Assembly (NCBI GenBank): GCA_963707075.1
Contig: CAVPOX010000022.1
Span: 32,076 to 96,075 of the forward strand
DNA: 64,000 bases
Reading direction: 5' to 3'
Source of the DNA: an uncultured Acidobacteriota bacterium
GTDB lineage: Bacteria; Acidobacteriota; Thermoanaerobaculia; Multivoradales; JAHEKO01
Shown here: positions 48,899 through 57,810 of the stretch, in pieces
Position numbering within the stretch: position 1 is the first letter of the stretch
How the letters are laid out: each line of letters begins with the position of its first letter
Program-made: the position numbers and the translations under genes
The notes under the pieces: model-generated
The model's input: only the letters and a program-made list of their open reading frames with translations
Told to the model about the DNA's origin: nothing
Databases searched by the model: none

Positions 48899-49146
48899 GA
48901 CACGTCCTCCTCGAAAGTTCCGTGAACGGTACCTTGCCTCGTTCCAGGTTTGTGTCCAGATCTTGCGTCTGTGATCCTCACGCCGCTGTCGCGCGGCTGT
49001 CTCCAGACCGTTGCAGGTCGAACTCTGTCAAGGAGATCCCGTGATGACAAGACCGGCGAACTCTCGGGAGGCGAAATCCTGTCGCGGAGAGGAGAGTGGA
49101 GGGTCACCATCAATTCCACCCGCGCGAGCCGGCAGATAGGACGCGC

Positions 49147-49336
49147 ATGCACGATTTCAAATGGTGGGTTTCGGCCACCGCGATTCTTATGGGCGTGACC
49201 GCTCTGGCCGGCTGTGGTGACGATGAGCCCGTCGAGCCGGCGCGTTATGCTGGAGACGGAGAGGATCGCTGACGACCCGCTGCTGGCGCTCGAGCTGCCG
49301 CTGCGTGTCCTGGTCTACGAGACGCCTCGAGCCTAA
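49147..49336 (+). pseudogene. Remnant of a DUF302-family lipoprotein
   Basis: 49147-49272 encodes MHDFKWWVSATAILMGVTALAG-CGDD (lipobox). An overlapping frame ending at 49336 encodes DPLLALELPLRVLVYE, a DUF302-like core motif. Confidence 0.5.
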
Positions 49337-49890
49337 GGACTCGACTTTTCGAGCAGCTCGACAACTGCGGTGTGCCCCTTCTCCTGAGCAAAGCTCTTCG
49401 CGGTGTCACCGTCCTTGTCCTTCAGGCTCACATCGGCTCCATGGTCAAGGAGCAGGCGCACGACTTCCACCTGGCCTTCGGCTGCCGCGGTCATCAAGGC
49501 GGTGAAGCCCTCGAGCGTGCCTTGAACATTGACCTCCGCCCCTTTCTCCAGAAGCAGCGCGACCGTGTCGGCGTAGGGGCCGCTTGCAGCGTACATCAGG
49601 GCGGTTCGGCCACTCGCGTCTTTGGAGTCGACCTTCGCATCCCTCAGAATGAGGTACTCGACAACCGCTGTATGCCCGTTGAAGGCAGCCCACATCAGGG
49701 ATGTGCGCTTTTCAGGATCTGCAGCGTCGACCGTGGCACCCTTCAGCACGAGTTGCTTGACGGTCTCCAGCTCGCCCAGGTACGAGGCCTCCATCAGGAG
49801 CTGTTCAGGAGACGCCGGCGGTGGCGACTGCGAGGATAGCGGCGCGCCAAGCAAGACAACGACAGACACGACAGAAAGAAGGAGTCTCAT
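49333..49890 (-). CDS. Secreted ankyrin-repeat protein
   Basis: Signal peptide and 4-5 ankyrin repeats (TSLMWAAFNGH, GRTALMYAA, GFTALMTAAAEG). Confidence 0.92.
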   Translation of the reverse strand: MRLLLSVVSVVVLLGAPLSSQSPPPASPEQLLMEASYLGELETVKQLVLKGATVDAADPEKRTSLMWAAFNGHTAVVEYLILRDAKVDSKDASGRTALMYAASGPYADTVALLLEKGAEVNVQGTLEGFTALMTAAAEGQVEVVRLLLDHGADVSLKDKDGDTAKSFAQEKGHTAVVELLEKSSP

Positions 49891-50028
49891 GGCGCCACAA
49901 TACCAGCCAATCCTGGCGCTGGGACAGGAAATGCGGGAGGGATCACGACCTCCTCATCCCCGGGGGTTTACAGCTGGTGAAGACGATTGTTAGGTTCTGA
50001 CTGCATGACGGCACCCAAGGAACAAGCC

Positions 50029-50958
50029 ATGCCCCGGACCGCAGTCCTTTTCTTCGCCATCACCGTTGTACTGGGCACCCTGATCTCGGGAGACAGTGTC
50101 GAAGCGGCCAGGACTCCGTCCTATCGCGCGCAGGTGCATGTCGAAGATTACGGCTGGATGAAGTGGGTCGATCAGGGGGGGATCCTCGGCACGACCGGAC
50201 AAGGCCGCCGCATCGAGGCCATTCGCATCGAACTGGTCGACGCTCCAAAAGGGATGGGGATCTCCTACCGCACCTATGTCGCTGGCAAAGGATGGCTTCC
50301 CTGGGTCGGCGACGGCCAGCCCTCGGGTACGACCGGGGCGGGGCATCGCATCGAGGCGATCGAGATCAAGCTCACCCGGAACAAGGCGGGCATACACTTG
50401 CGCTATCAGGCCCATGTCGAGAGTCTCGGTTGGATGGGCTGGGTCGAAGAGGGCGAGATTGCGGGCACGACCGAGCGCAACCTCCGACTCGAGGCCTTGC
50501 GTCTCGAGTTGACTGAGGGCGAAGGCCTGACCAGCTCCCGGGTGAAAGGCCTGAGCGTGCGCTACGAGACGCACTCGGCCAGGACTGGTTGGACTGGCTG
50601 GTTCTCGGACGGTGAAGTCTCCGGCACCACCGGCCAGGCCCTCCAGATCGAAGCCATCAAGATCGAAATCGTCGACCCGGGGAACAAGGTAGGCGTGCGC
50701 TATCAGGGTCGCGTCAGGGGCGAAGGCTGGACCGACTGGGTGGAGAACGGTGCAGAGCTCGGCACCACCGGGCAACATCGCTCCCTCGACGCCCTCAAGA
50801 TCGAGCTCACCGACCCCCCTGAAGGTGTCGGTCTGCGCTACCGGGGACACATCGAAGGCATGGGTTGGGATGACTGGGTCAGCGAGGGCGAAATCGTCGG
50901 CACCCTGCGCCAGGGCCGCCGACTGGAGGCCCTGCGCATCGAGTTGGTTCAGAAGTAG
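50029..50958 (+). CDS. Secreted ChW (clostridial hydrophobic W) repeat protein
   Basis: Six repeats of the YxxHVxxxGWxxWVxxGxxxGTTGxxxRxEAIxIxL type after a signal peptide. Confidence 0.9.
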   Translation: MPRTAVLFFAITVVLGTLISGDSVEAARTPSYRAQVHVEDYGWMKWVDQGGILGTTGQGRRIEAIRIELVDAPKGMGISYRTYVAGKGWLPWVGDGQPSGTTGAGHRIEAIEIKLTRNKAGIHLRYQAHVESLGWMGWVEEGEIAGTTERNLRLEALRLELTEGEGLTSSRVKGLSVRYETHSARTGWTGWFSDGEVSGTTGQALQIEAIKIEIVDPGNKVGVRYQGRVRGEGWTDWVENGAELGTTGQHRSLDALKIELTDPPEGVGLRYRGHIEGMGWDDWVSEGEIVGTLRQGRRLEALRIELVQK

Positions 50959-50967
50959 ACGAAGACG

Positions 50968-52197
50968 CTACCGCGGACGCATCCGCTGGTCCGGATCGGG
51001 CAGCTTGAAATCGGCATCGATCCGGCAGACCTCACCGAGGACGGGAATCGCCTTGCAGGTCTCCTGGATATCTCGTGCCGAGGGCTGCTCGCCCGTGGCG
51101 ATCCAGTCTCGCAGCGCTTCCCAGCCTGCCAGAATTTCGCCGGGCGTGAACACGCAGTGTGTCGCCACGCTCTCTCTGGCGATGACCGTGGTGAGATTCT
51201 GTGGCGGTACCACCTGGGCGTAGATCGACTGGTTCTCCACCAGAACCAATCCATCCTTGCTGGTGTGCATCGAGACGATCTTGGCGCCCTTGATGTCGCC
51301 CGTTGGGGTGAAATTGCGGGCGAGCCGCTTCCGTTTGGGTGGCTTGGGCTTGACGCGTCTGATGTTGGCATCGACATCCTCGTCCCCGTAGATCACAGTC
51401 TCGTTGCCGGTTCCAGGCTTTCCCCTGAGCTTCTGGGGATCGTGGACCAGATCGGCCATGGCTTCGGTGGCAAAGAGCATGTCCTGCACCAGAAACGATC
51501 TGGGGATCTGGGCCAGGTCGAGAATCGTTTTCAGATTCTTCTTCTGCTTTCGGGTGCGCTGAAAGCTGAGCTCGTTGACGCCGGTGCAGGCGTTGACCGC
51601 ATTCTCGATGTCATCATCGGTCCAATCCGAGTTCTTGGGCAGCCCCCTTGGACCACCTGGGATCTCCGCTCCAGGCATGCCTTCGCAGACCAGGTCGTAC
51701 AACAGCCGAAGATCGAGAGCCACGTCCCAGTTCCGACTTCCCGCCATCGCCCCACAGTAGGTGAGCGCGCCCACGACGTTGCCCAGATTGCCTTTCTCCA
51801 GGGCCGCGGCCGTCACAGCTCCACCCAGGGAAGCGCCATACAGGATGATCTGCTCCGGTCGCCCGAACTCTGCCGTAAACACCTGTACCAACTGCCGCAG
51901 GTCGGGATTGGTCTTGAACAGGGCCCAACCGTTGAGACGAAAGCTCGAGGCCGCGACCGCGTACCCCTCGAGCAGCTGCACATCCACCAGCGGTCCCAGA
52001 TCGGGTCTGGGACCCGGCTCGGAGAGACTGAACCCGTGGTTCCAGATCACCAGGTCTCCGTTCCAGTTGTCGGGAACCGAGATGTGGTAGTACGCCCCTC
52101 CGGCGTTCTGCCCTTCGATCTCTCGCGCGCCAGAGGTCGATGGGGCGGTAGCAACCGCCACCGCCCACAACAAGACTAGAAGACCTACTCGACGCAT
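50968..52197 (-). CDS. Secreted alpha/beta-hydrolase
   Basis: WNGDLVIWNHGF, nucleophile YGASLGG, HTSKDGLV and THCVF (candidate Ser-Asp-His triad). Confidence 0.8.
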   Translation of the reverse strand: MRRVGLLVLLWAVAVATAPSTSGAREIEGQNAGGAYYHISVPDNWNGDLVIWNHGFSLSEPGPRPDLGPLVDVQLLEGYAVAASSFRLNGWALFKTNPDLRQLVQVFTAEFGRPEQIILYGASLGGAVTAAALEKGNLGNVVGALTYCGAMAGSRNWDVALDLRLLYDLVCEGMPGAEIPGGPRGLPKNSDWTDDDIENAVNACTGVNELSFQRTRKQKKNLKTILDLAQIPRSFLVQDMLFATEAMADLVHDPQKLRGKPGTGNETVIYGDEDVDANIRRVKPKPPKRKRLARNFTPTGDIKGAKIVSMHTSKDGLVLVENQSIYAQVVPPQNLTTVIARESVATHCVFTPGEILAGWEALRDWIATGEQPSARDIQETCKAIPVLGEVCRIDADFKLPDPDQRMRPR

Positions 52198-52238
52198 CTT
52201 CTCGGCCCTTCGCTACCCTCGATCGAAAGCACCGGTGC

Positions 52239-53051
52239 TCAGGGAAGATTGATCAGCCAGCCGCCATCATTGAACCACTTGGCTTCGAGCTCTTCCAGCA
52301 CACCGACCACCTCGAGCGCTCCGAGGTAGTTCTCGATGAAGTTGAGCAGCAACGAGTCACCGGGGCTGATCGCAACGCCGATCGGCTCGATGGTCAACGG
52401 CTCGGAGAGAGTCACCAGGCCCTTGTCGCCGTGCCGCATCACCGACAAGGCGCAAACAGGATAGTCGGCGACCATCGCCGTGGCCTCGTCATTGAGAATC
52501 ATCTGCACCGCCGCGTCGTAGTTCTTGGTGGTCACCAACTGAGCTTTGGACATGAAAGTCTCGACGAAACGCTGACTCGTGGAGTTTTCCAGTGCGACGA
52601 TCTTGACGTTCGCCAGATCAATGTCAGTCGCCTCGTCCGCCTGGGCCAGGGTCCTGTCCTTGGTCAGAATCGACTTACCCGACACGATGTAGGGACCCAC
52701 AAAAGCCGCCTTCATATTTCGCTCGGGAGTCATGGTCATGCCCGACATCACGACATCGACATCCCCCGCCGACAAGGCGTCGAGGAGCTCACCAAACGGC
52801 TTCTGCACGAGCTTCAGCTCCACGCCCATGGCGTTGGCCAACAGCTTGGCCACGTCTACTTCATAGCCAATCAGCTCTCCACTCTTGGCCAGGACAGTAA
52901 ACGGCGGCTGACCACCAGACATGCCCACGCGCAGCTCGTTGTTCTTGACGATTCGGCTCAGAACCGGCGCATCCTGCGCTACGGCTGCCGGAACCACTGC
53001 AGCCATCACCAGGGCGATACACAACAACAGACTCATCCAACTTCGCTTCAT
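52239..53051 (-). CDS. Polar amino-acid ABC substrate-binding protein (SBP_bac_3)
   Basis: LRVGMSGGQPPF, GYEVDVA, SGMTMTPER and EPIGVA; no cognate permease adjacent. Confidence 0.9.
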   Translation of the reverse strand: MKRSWMSLLLCIALVMAAVVPAAVAQDAPVLSRIVKNNELRVGMSGGQPPFTVLAKSGELIGYEVDVAKLLANAMGVELKLVQKPFGELLDALSAGDVDVVMSGMTMTPERNMKAAFVGPYIVSGKSILTKDRTLAQADEATDIDLANVKIVALENSTSQRFVETFMSKAQLVTTKNYDAAVQMILNDEATAMVADYPVCALSVMRHGDKGLVTLSEPLTIEPIGVAISPGDSLLLNFIENYLGALEVVGVLEELEAKWFNDGGWLINLP

Positions 53052-53264
53052 GAGAATCCTTCTCCTCTATCCATGCACTTTCCCGATTGGCAGACGGTTG
53101 TAAAAAGGAAGGACCAGCGGAACCGGCCGCTGGCCACTGAAGGATACCGCAAACGGGAGCGAGACGCTCGGAGGCTGATCTGGAACGACTGGCATACGAC
53201 CCTGTTTATCGCTAGATTACGGACTGTCACGAGTGCATTTATCGTTGCAAACAGGAGCATCCAC

Positions 53265-53690
53265 ATGAGAATCGACACCTTCCTCTCGTCTGCGGCGTTG
53301 GCCACCATCCTGATGGCTCAGCCGGCCGCTGCAGACGATGTTTCCGGCGCCCAGAAGATTCTTTGCACTGCGATCGAAGCCACCGAGTGCTATGCCGAGA
53401 TCGGTTGTGCTCCCGGCACCCCTGAAGACTGGAACATACCCCGCTTCCTCGAGATCGACCTCGAGAACAAGTTGCTCAGCACAACGGAAGCTAGCGGTGA
53501 GGTGCGGTCATCACCGATGAAAAACCTCGAAAGGGAGGGAGACCGGATTTTCATTCAGGGGGTCGAGGCCAGTCGCGCCTTCAGTATCGTCCTGGACCAG
53601 GACTCGGGCACGGCCTCTTTCGCCATCGCACTCGAGCGTCATGTGGTGGCTGTCTTCGCCTATTGCACACCACTCCGGTCTGCCGGCTAG
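53265..53690 (+). CDS. Secreted hypothetical protein with four Cys residues
   Basis: AGGAG RBS, signal peptide ending PAAA, and ILCTAIEATEC...GC...NIPRFLEID. Confidence 0.7.
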   Translation: MRIDTFLSSAALATILMAQPAAADDVSGAQKILCTAIEATECYAEIGCAPGTPEDWNIPRFLEIDLENKLLSTTEASGEVRSSPMKNLEREGDRIFIQGVEASRAFSIVLDQDSGTASFAIALERHVVAVFAYCTPLRSAG

Positions 53691-53725
53691 CTCTGTACCA
53701 GCCATTAGCTACGAGGAGAACACTC

Positions 53726-54292
53726 ATGAAGAGCCTCACCATCGTCGCCATCGCGCTCCTGGCGTTCATCGCCATGCCGGTCGCCTCTCAAACTGAGCTC
53801 AAGGAGGCGTCGGGCGACAAGACTCTGGCCGCCACCATGCATGTCTACGTCTTCCCCGCCGAGGGACAAGCCACGGACCAGCAGAACAAGGACGAAGCTG
53901 CCTGCTACGCCTGGGCTGTCGAGAATACCGGGTCCGACCCGTTCGAGCTTGCCAAGAAGGCCGAACAACAACAGCAACAAACTGCACAGGCGAAGGAACA
54001 GGTTGCGCAAGCTGGCAAGGGATCTACCGGCAAGGGCGCCCTGATCGGCGCGGCTACCGGTGCACTGATCGGCGAGATTGCCAGCGATGACGCTGGGAAA
54101 GGTGCGGCCATCGGAGCCGGCCTCGGCGCTCTGGGAGGCCGCCGCGCCCGTCGCCAGAAACAAGCACAGGCCAACACACAGATCGATCAACAATCCGCCC
54201 AGAGTCAGCAGTTCAGCCAGACCCAGATCGACAACTTCAAGAAGGCCTTCAGCGTCTGCCTCGAGGCCAAGGACTACATGGTCAAGTTCTAG
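53726..54292 (+). CDS. Glycine-zipper (YMGG-like) secreted protein
   Basis: YVFPAEGQ...KDEAACYAWA, GALIGAATGALIG...GAAIGAG and AFSVCLEAKDY. Confidence 0.8.
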   Translation: MKSLTIVAIALLAFIAMPVASQTELKEASGDKTLAATMHVYVFPAEGQATDQQNKDEAACYAWAVENTGSDPFELAKKAEQQQQQTAQAKEQVAQAGKGSTGKGALIGAATGALIGEIASDDAGKGAAIGAGLGALGGRRARRQKQAQANTQIDQQSAQSQQFSQTQIDNFKKAFSVCLEAKDYMVKF

Positions 54293-54330
54293 CTCGGCAA
54301 TCGAGGTTCGCCAGCTATGATCGGTGTGGC

Positions 54331-55290
54331 GTGCTTTCCCAAATACTCTTTCTTCTGGGCTTCGTAGCCCTCATCAAGGGTGCCGATCTCCTGGTTGCCG
54401 GCGCCTCTTCATTGGCCAGCCGGTTCCATATCTCGGGGCTCGTGATCGGCCTGACGGTTGTCGCTTTCGGCACCTCCACGCCCGAGCTGTTCGTCAACAT
54501 TCTCGCCAGTGCGCGGGGCAATACCGATATCGCCATTGGCAATGTCCTGGGCAGCAACATTGCGAACATTCTGCTGATCCTTGGCATCTCCGCCATCCTC
54601 TACCCCCTGTCTGTTTCGCATGGGACGGTTCGCAAGGAGATCCCCTTCAGCCTGCTGGCTGCAATCGTGCTGGGGTTCATGGCCAACGATCAGTTGATCG
54701 ATGGAAATGAGACCTCACGACTGACTCGCATCGATGGCCTGGTGTTCCTTGCCTTCTTCTCGATCTTTCTCTACTACGCGTTCACCATCGCCAGAAACGT
54801 CGAAGGCCTCGATGCGCAAGTACCCATTCAGCCGCGAGGGTTGGCCAGTTCGATCTCGCGCATGGTCGCAGGTCTGATCGGTCTGACTCTCGGTGCCAGG
54901 TGGATCATCGACGGTGCAGTGGACCTTGCCAGGAGCTTCGGCATGAGTGAATCGTTGGTCGGGCTGACCATCGTGGCGGTAGGAACCTCGCTGCCCGAGC
55001 TCGCCACTTCCGCCGTCGCTGCCTACAAGAAGAACGTTGATATCGCTGTCGGTAACGTGGTCGGTTCCAATATCTTCAATATCTTCTTCGTGCTCGGAAT
55101 CAGCTCGATCATCCGACCGCTGCCGTTCCAGACCAGGAGCAATGTGGATATCGGCGTGGTCGTGTTCTCCAGCCTGCTCCTCTTCTTCACCATGTTCACG
55201 GGCAAGAAGCACTCCCTGGACCGGTGGGAGGGAGCCGTCTTTCTGGGGCTCTACGTGGTGTATGTCGCAGCGGTGGTTCTGATCGACTAG
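54331..55290 (+). CDS. Ca2+/Na+ antiporter (YrbG/CaCA family)
   Basis: Alpha repeats GTSTPE...GNVLGSNIAN and GTSLPE...GNVVGSNIFN. Confidence 0.93.
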   Translation: MLSQILFLLGFVALIKGADLLVAGASSLASRFHISGLVIGLTVVAFGTSTPELFVNILASARGNTDIAIGNVLGSNIANILLILGISAILYPLSVSHGTVRKEIPFSLLAAIVLGFMANDQLIDGNETSRLTRIDGLVFLAFFSIFLYYAFTIARNVEGLDAQVPIQPRGLASSISRMVAGLIGLTLGARWIIDGAVDLARSFGMSESLVGLTIVAVGTSLPELATSAVAAYKKNVDIAVGNVVGSNIFNIFFVLGISSIIRPLPFQTRSNVDIGVVVFSSLLLFFTMFTGKKHSLDRWEGAVFLGLYVVYVAAVVLID

Positions 55291-55302
55291 TGGCCTGCTG
55301 CC

Positions 55303-56643
55303 TTATCCGGACCTGGGGTCGGGAGGCGGTTCGACAGATCTCGGCAGTCGGTCCTCACCGGTAATCAACCGCACGCCGCGCGAGTGGAAGAGGTACTGCC
55401 ACACCCACTCGGTAAAGACGACCAGCTTTCGTCGGAATCCGATCAGCGAGATGATGTGGATCAGAGCCCAGACAAGAAAGGCTGGAGCTCCACTGAAACG
55501 AAGCTTGCCGATCTCTGCAACCGCGCGGTTCTTGCCGATGATCGCCATCGAACCCTTGTCGTCGTAAAGGAACACCTTCCGCGCCGGTCGCGGGTCACCC
55601 TCCGCCAACGCTTTGACCTCCGCCGCGATCGTCTGCCCTGCATGGCGTCCCATCTGCAAGGCACCCTGCGCCACTCCGGGCACCGGCCTGCCCAACTCGG
55701 GATCGACCCGATGGGCCAGATCACCCACCACGAATACCTCGGGATACTCCGCGAGCGACAGGTCGTCACCAACCAGTACACGACCGACGCTGTCCAGGCC
55801 CACACCCAGGGATGCGCCCAGCGATGACGCCTTGACACCCGCCGCCCAGATGACGTTGTTGGCCTCGACCCGCACAGTGCCATCGGGAGTTTCTGCCGTC
55901 AGCCCATCTGCGTCGACATGGGTGACCCGTGAGTCCAGGAGCAACTCGACACCAAGTTCCTCGAGATCCTCCATCGCTCGGGTCGAGAGCTCTGGATCAA
56001 AGGTACTCAGCACCCGGTCGAGGGCATCGATGAGAATGATCCGCGCGTTCGTGGTCTCGACATGGCGAAAATCCCGACGCACCGAAGCCACGATGTCAGC
56101 CAGGGCCGCGGCCATCTCGACACCCGTCGGCCCCGCACCGACGATCGCGAAGGTCAAAGCCGAGCGCTGGGCCTCCGGATCCGGCTCGACTTCTGCCTGC
56201 TCCAGGGCAAGAAGAAACCTGGCCCTCACTTCTGTGGCCTCCTCGATTGTCTTGAGCCCCGGAGCGTATCGCGCCCACTGATCATTCCCGAAGTAATTGG
56301 TCTTGACCCCTGTCGCCACCACCAGATAGTCGTAGCGGTATGGCTGACCCTCCAGAAAGACGGTCTGCGCACTCACGTCGATGTCGGTCACGTGCACCAT
56401 GAAGACGGTGGTGTTGTCCTGTCGACGAAGGATTCGTCGAATCGGTGCAGCGATGTTTCCAGGCGAAAGCGCCGCGGTCGCGACTTGATAGAGCAGCGGC
56501 TGAAAAAGGTGGTGGTTCTGCTTGTCAATCAGCAGCACTTCGGCCGCAGACTGCCGGAGCTCTCGCACCGCCGCGAGGCCAGCAAAACCACCGCCGACAA
56601 TGATCACCCGTGGCAGGGAGCTCTTCGGCCCTTCAGTGGCCAT
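55303..56643 (-). CDS. ndh: Type II NADH dehydrogenase (NDH-2)
   Basis: VGGGFAG, FQPLLYQVAT, VGAGPTGVE, WAAG, PGVAQGA and DKGSMA. Confidence 0.9.
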   Translation of the reverse strand: MATEGPKSSLPRVIIVGGGFAGLAAVRELRQSAAEVLLIDKQNHHLFQPLLYQVATAALSPGNIAAPIRRILRRQDNTTVFMVHVTDIDVSAQTVFLEGQPYRYDYLVVATGVKTNYFGNDQWARYAPGLKTIEEATEVRARFLLALEQAEVEPDPEAQRSALTFAIVGAGPTGVEMAAALADIVASVRRDFRHVETTNARIILIDALDRVLSTFDPELSTRAMEDLEELGVELLLDSRVTHVDADGLTAETPDGTVRVEANNVIWAAGVKASSLGASLGVGLDSVGRVLVGDDLSLAEYPEVFVVGDLAHRVDPELGRPVPGVAQGALQMGRHAGQTIAAEVKALAEGDPRPARKVFLYDDKGSMAIIGKNRAVAEIGKLRFSGAPAFLVWALIHIISLIGFRRKLVVFTEWVWQYLFHSRGVRLITGEDRLPRSVEPPPDPRSG

Positions 56644-56681
56644 CGTGCTTAGGCGTGGTGCTCACCCCAAGAACTCCAGTC

Positions 56682-56909
56682 CTAGTAGGGAACCGGCCTA
56701 ACCGGGGGGTGCGGGCGCGGCGGACGGGGTGGGCCGATCGGATAGCCCGGCCGATACCCTCCATACCAACCATATCCCCAGGAGGGGCCGTAGCCCGTAC
56801 TCATATAGAGGGTGGAGGTTGTCGCTCCCGAAGAGGAGCACGCGACGTTACCGAACAGGATGAAGAGGCCCAAAGCCACCCCCAACGACCAGCGCATCAC
56901 TTGCCTCAT
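56682..56909 (-). CDS. Small Gly/Tyr/Pro-rich lipoprotein
   Basis: Lipobox NVA-C and tail GYGPSWGYGWYGGYRPGYPIGPPRPP; ATGA-coupled to the VOC gene. Confidence 0.7.
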   Translation of the reverse strand: MRQVMRWSLGVALGLFILFGNVACSSSGATTSTLYMSTGYGPSWGYGWYGGYRPGYPIGPPRPPRPHPPVRPVPY

Positions 56910-57715
56910 TGCGCGTCCTCTCTTTCCAGAAGGTAGACAAAAAAGGCCCCGCCGGTGGGATCTTCAAGCAGCGCCACCCTGCCTGCGGCCACATCCTTGC
57001 TCGGCGTCATCAGCACCTCACCCCCCAACGTCTCCGTCCTTGCCATGACGCGGTCGAGGTCGTCCACTGCGAGATAGGGGGCCCAGATGGGGTCGACTTT
57101 TCTCGCTTCGATCGGCACGAGCCCCGCCCTGAGGACCTCTGCCGAGGCGAGCACCTGATAGCGACCACTGGCCAACTCTTCCTCAGATCTCTCGTAGCCC
57201 AGGAGCCGAGAGTAGAAGCTCGCAGCCTGGTCGATATCGCGGGTCCACAGCTCGGCCCAGACCCAGGGCTTCGCCGCGCCACCGAGCGGCCTGTCGGGCT
57301 CGATCAGCATGAAGAACGCGTCCTGGTTGTCCTCCAGAACCGCATAGGTGCCGACGCCCTCGAGCTGACCCGAATGATGAGAGATCGCGCCCTGACTCCT
57401 GCTCTTGGCCACAACATTCGCCGCCTTGTCCACCTCGAATCCAACCAACCAGAAGGCTTCGTTCCTGCCCTTCAGCTGGTCGTCGATCTGGGAGATTCCT
57501 GCGAAGGGCACGCCAGCGAGCTCGGCGATTCGGTTGCCGGAGGGGACTTGCTCGAACTGCCATCCAAAGAGCTCCTCATAGAACTGGGTCGCCGCTTCCG
57601 CATCCTCGGTCAGCAGCTCCCACCAGACAACCTCGCCGACCTCTGCCACGCATACGGGCACAAGGAAGAGAGTCAGAACAAGGCACGTTGCGCCCACGAA
57701 TTGCATCCTGCTCAT
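56906..57715 (-). CDS. Exported two-domain VOC/glyoxalase family protein
   Basis: WWELLTED...FYEELFGW, WAELWTRD...FYSRLLG and GRVALLEDPTGG; N-terminal signal-like segment. Confidence 0.85.
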   Translation of the reverse strand: MSRMQFVGATCLVLTLFLVPVCVAEVGEVVWWELLTEDAEAATQFYEELFGWQFEQVPSGNRIAELAGVPFAGISQIDDQLKGRNEAFWLVGFEVDKAANVVAKSRSQGAISHHSGQLEGVGTYAVLEDNQDAFFMLIEPDRPLGGAAKPWVWAELWTRDIDQAASFYSRLLGYERSEEELASGRYQVLASAEVLRAGLVPIEARKVDPIWAPYLAVDDLDRVMARTETLGGEVLMTPSKDVAAGRVALLEDPTGGAFFVYLLEREDAQ

Positions 57716-57810
57716 TGAAGACGACTGCACAGATTCCTCCTTCGACCGGCATTGTAACGGCTTCTCCGACCCGCACCGCAGACGACAAACTCCCCTGCCA
57801 CGGAGGTGCC

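Noticed and set aside
48899-49146. Possible riboswitch between the beta-CA gene and the DUF302 relic
   Set aside because: GGAGAG-like words are present, but the other conserved elements of glycine or other aptamers are absent.
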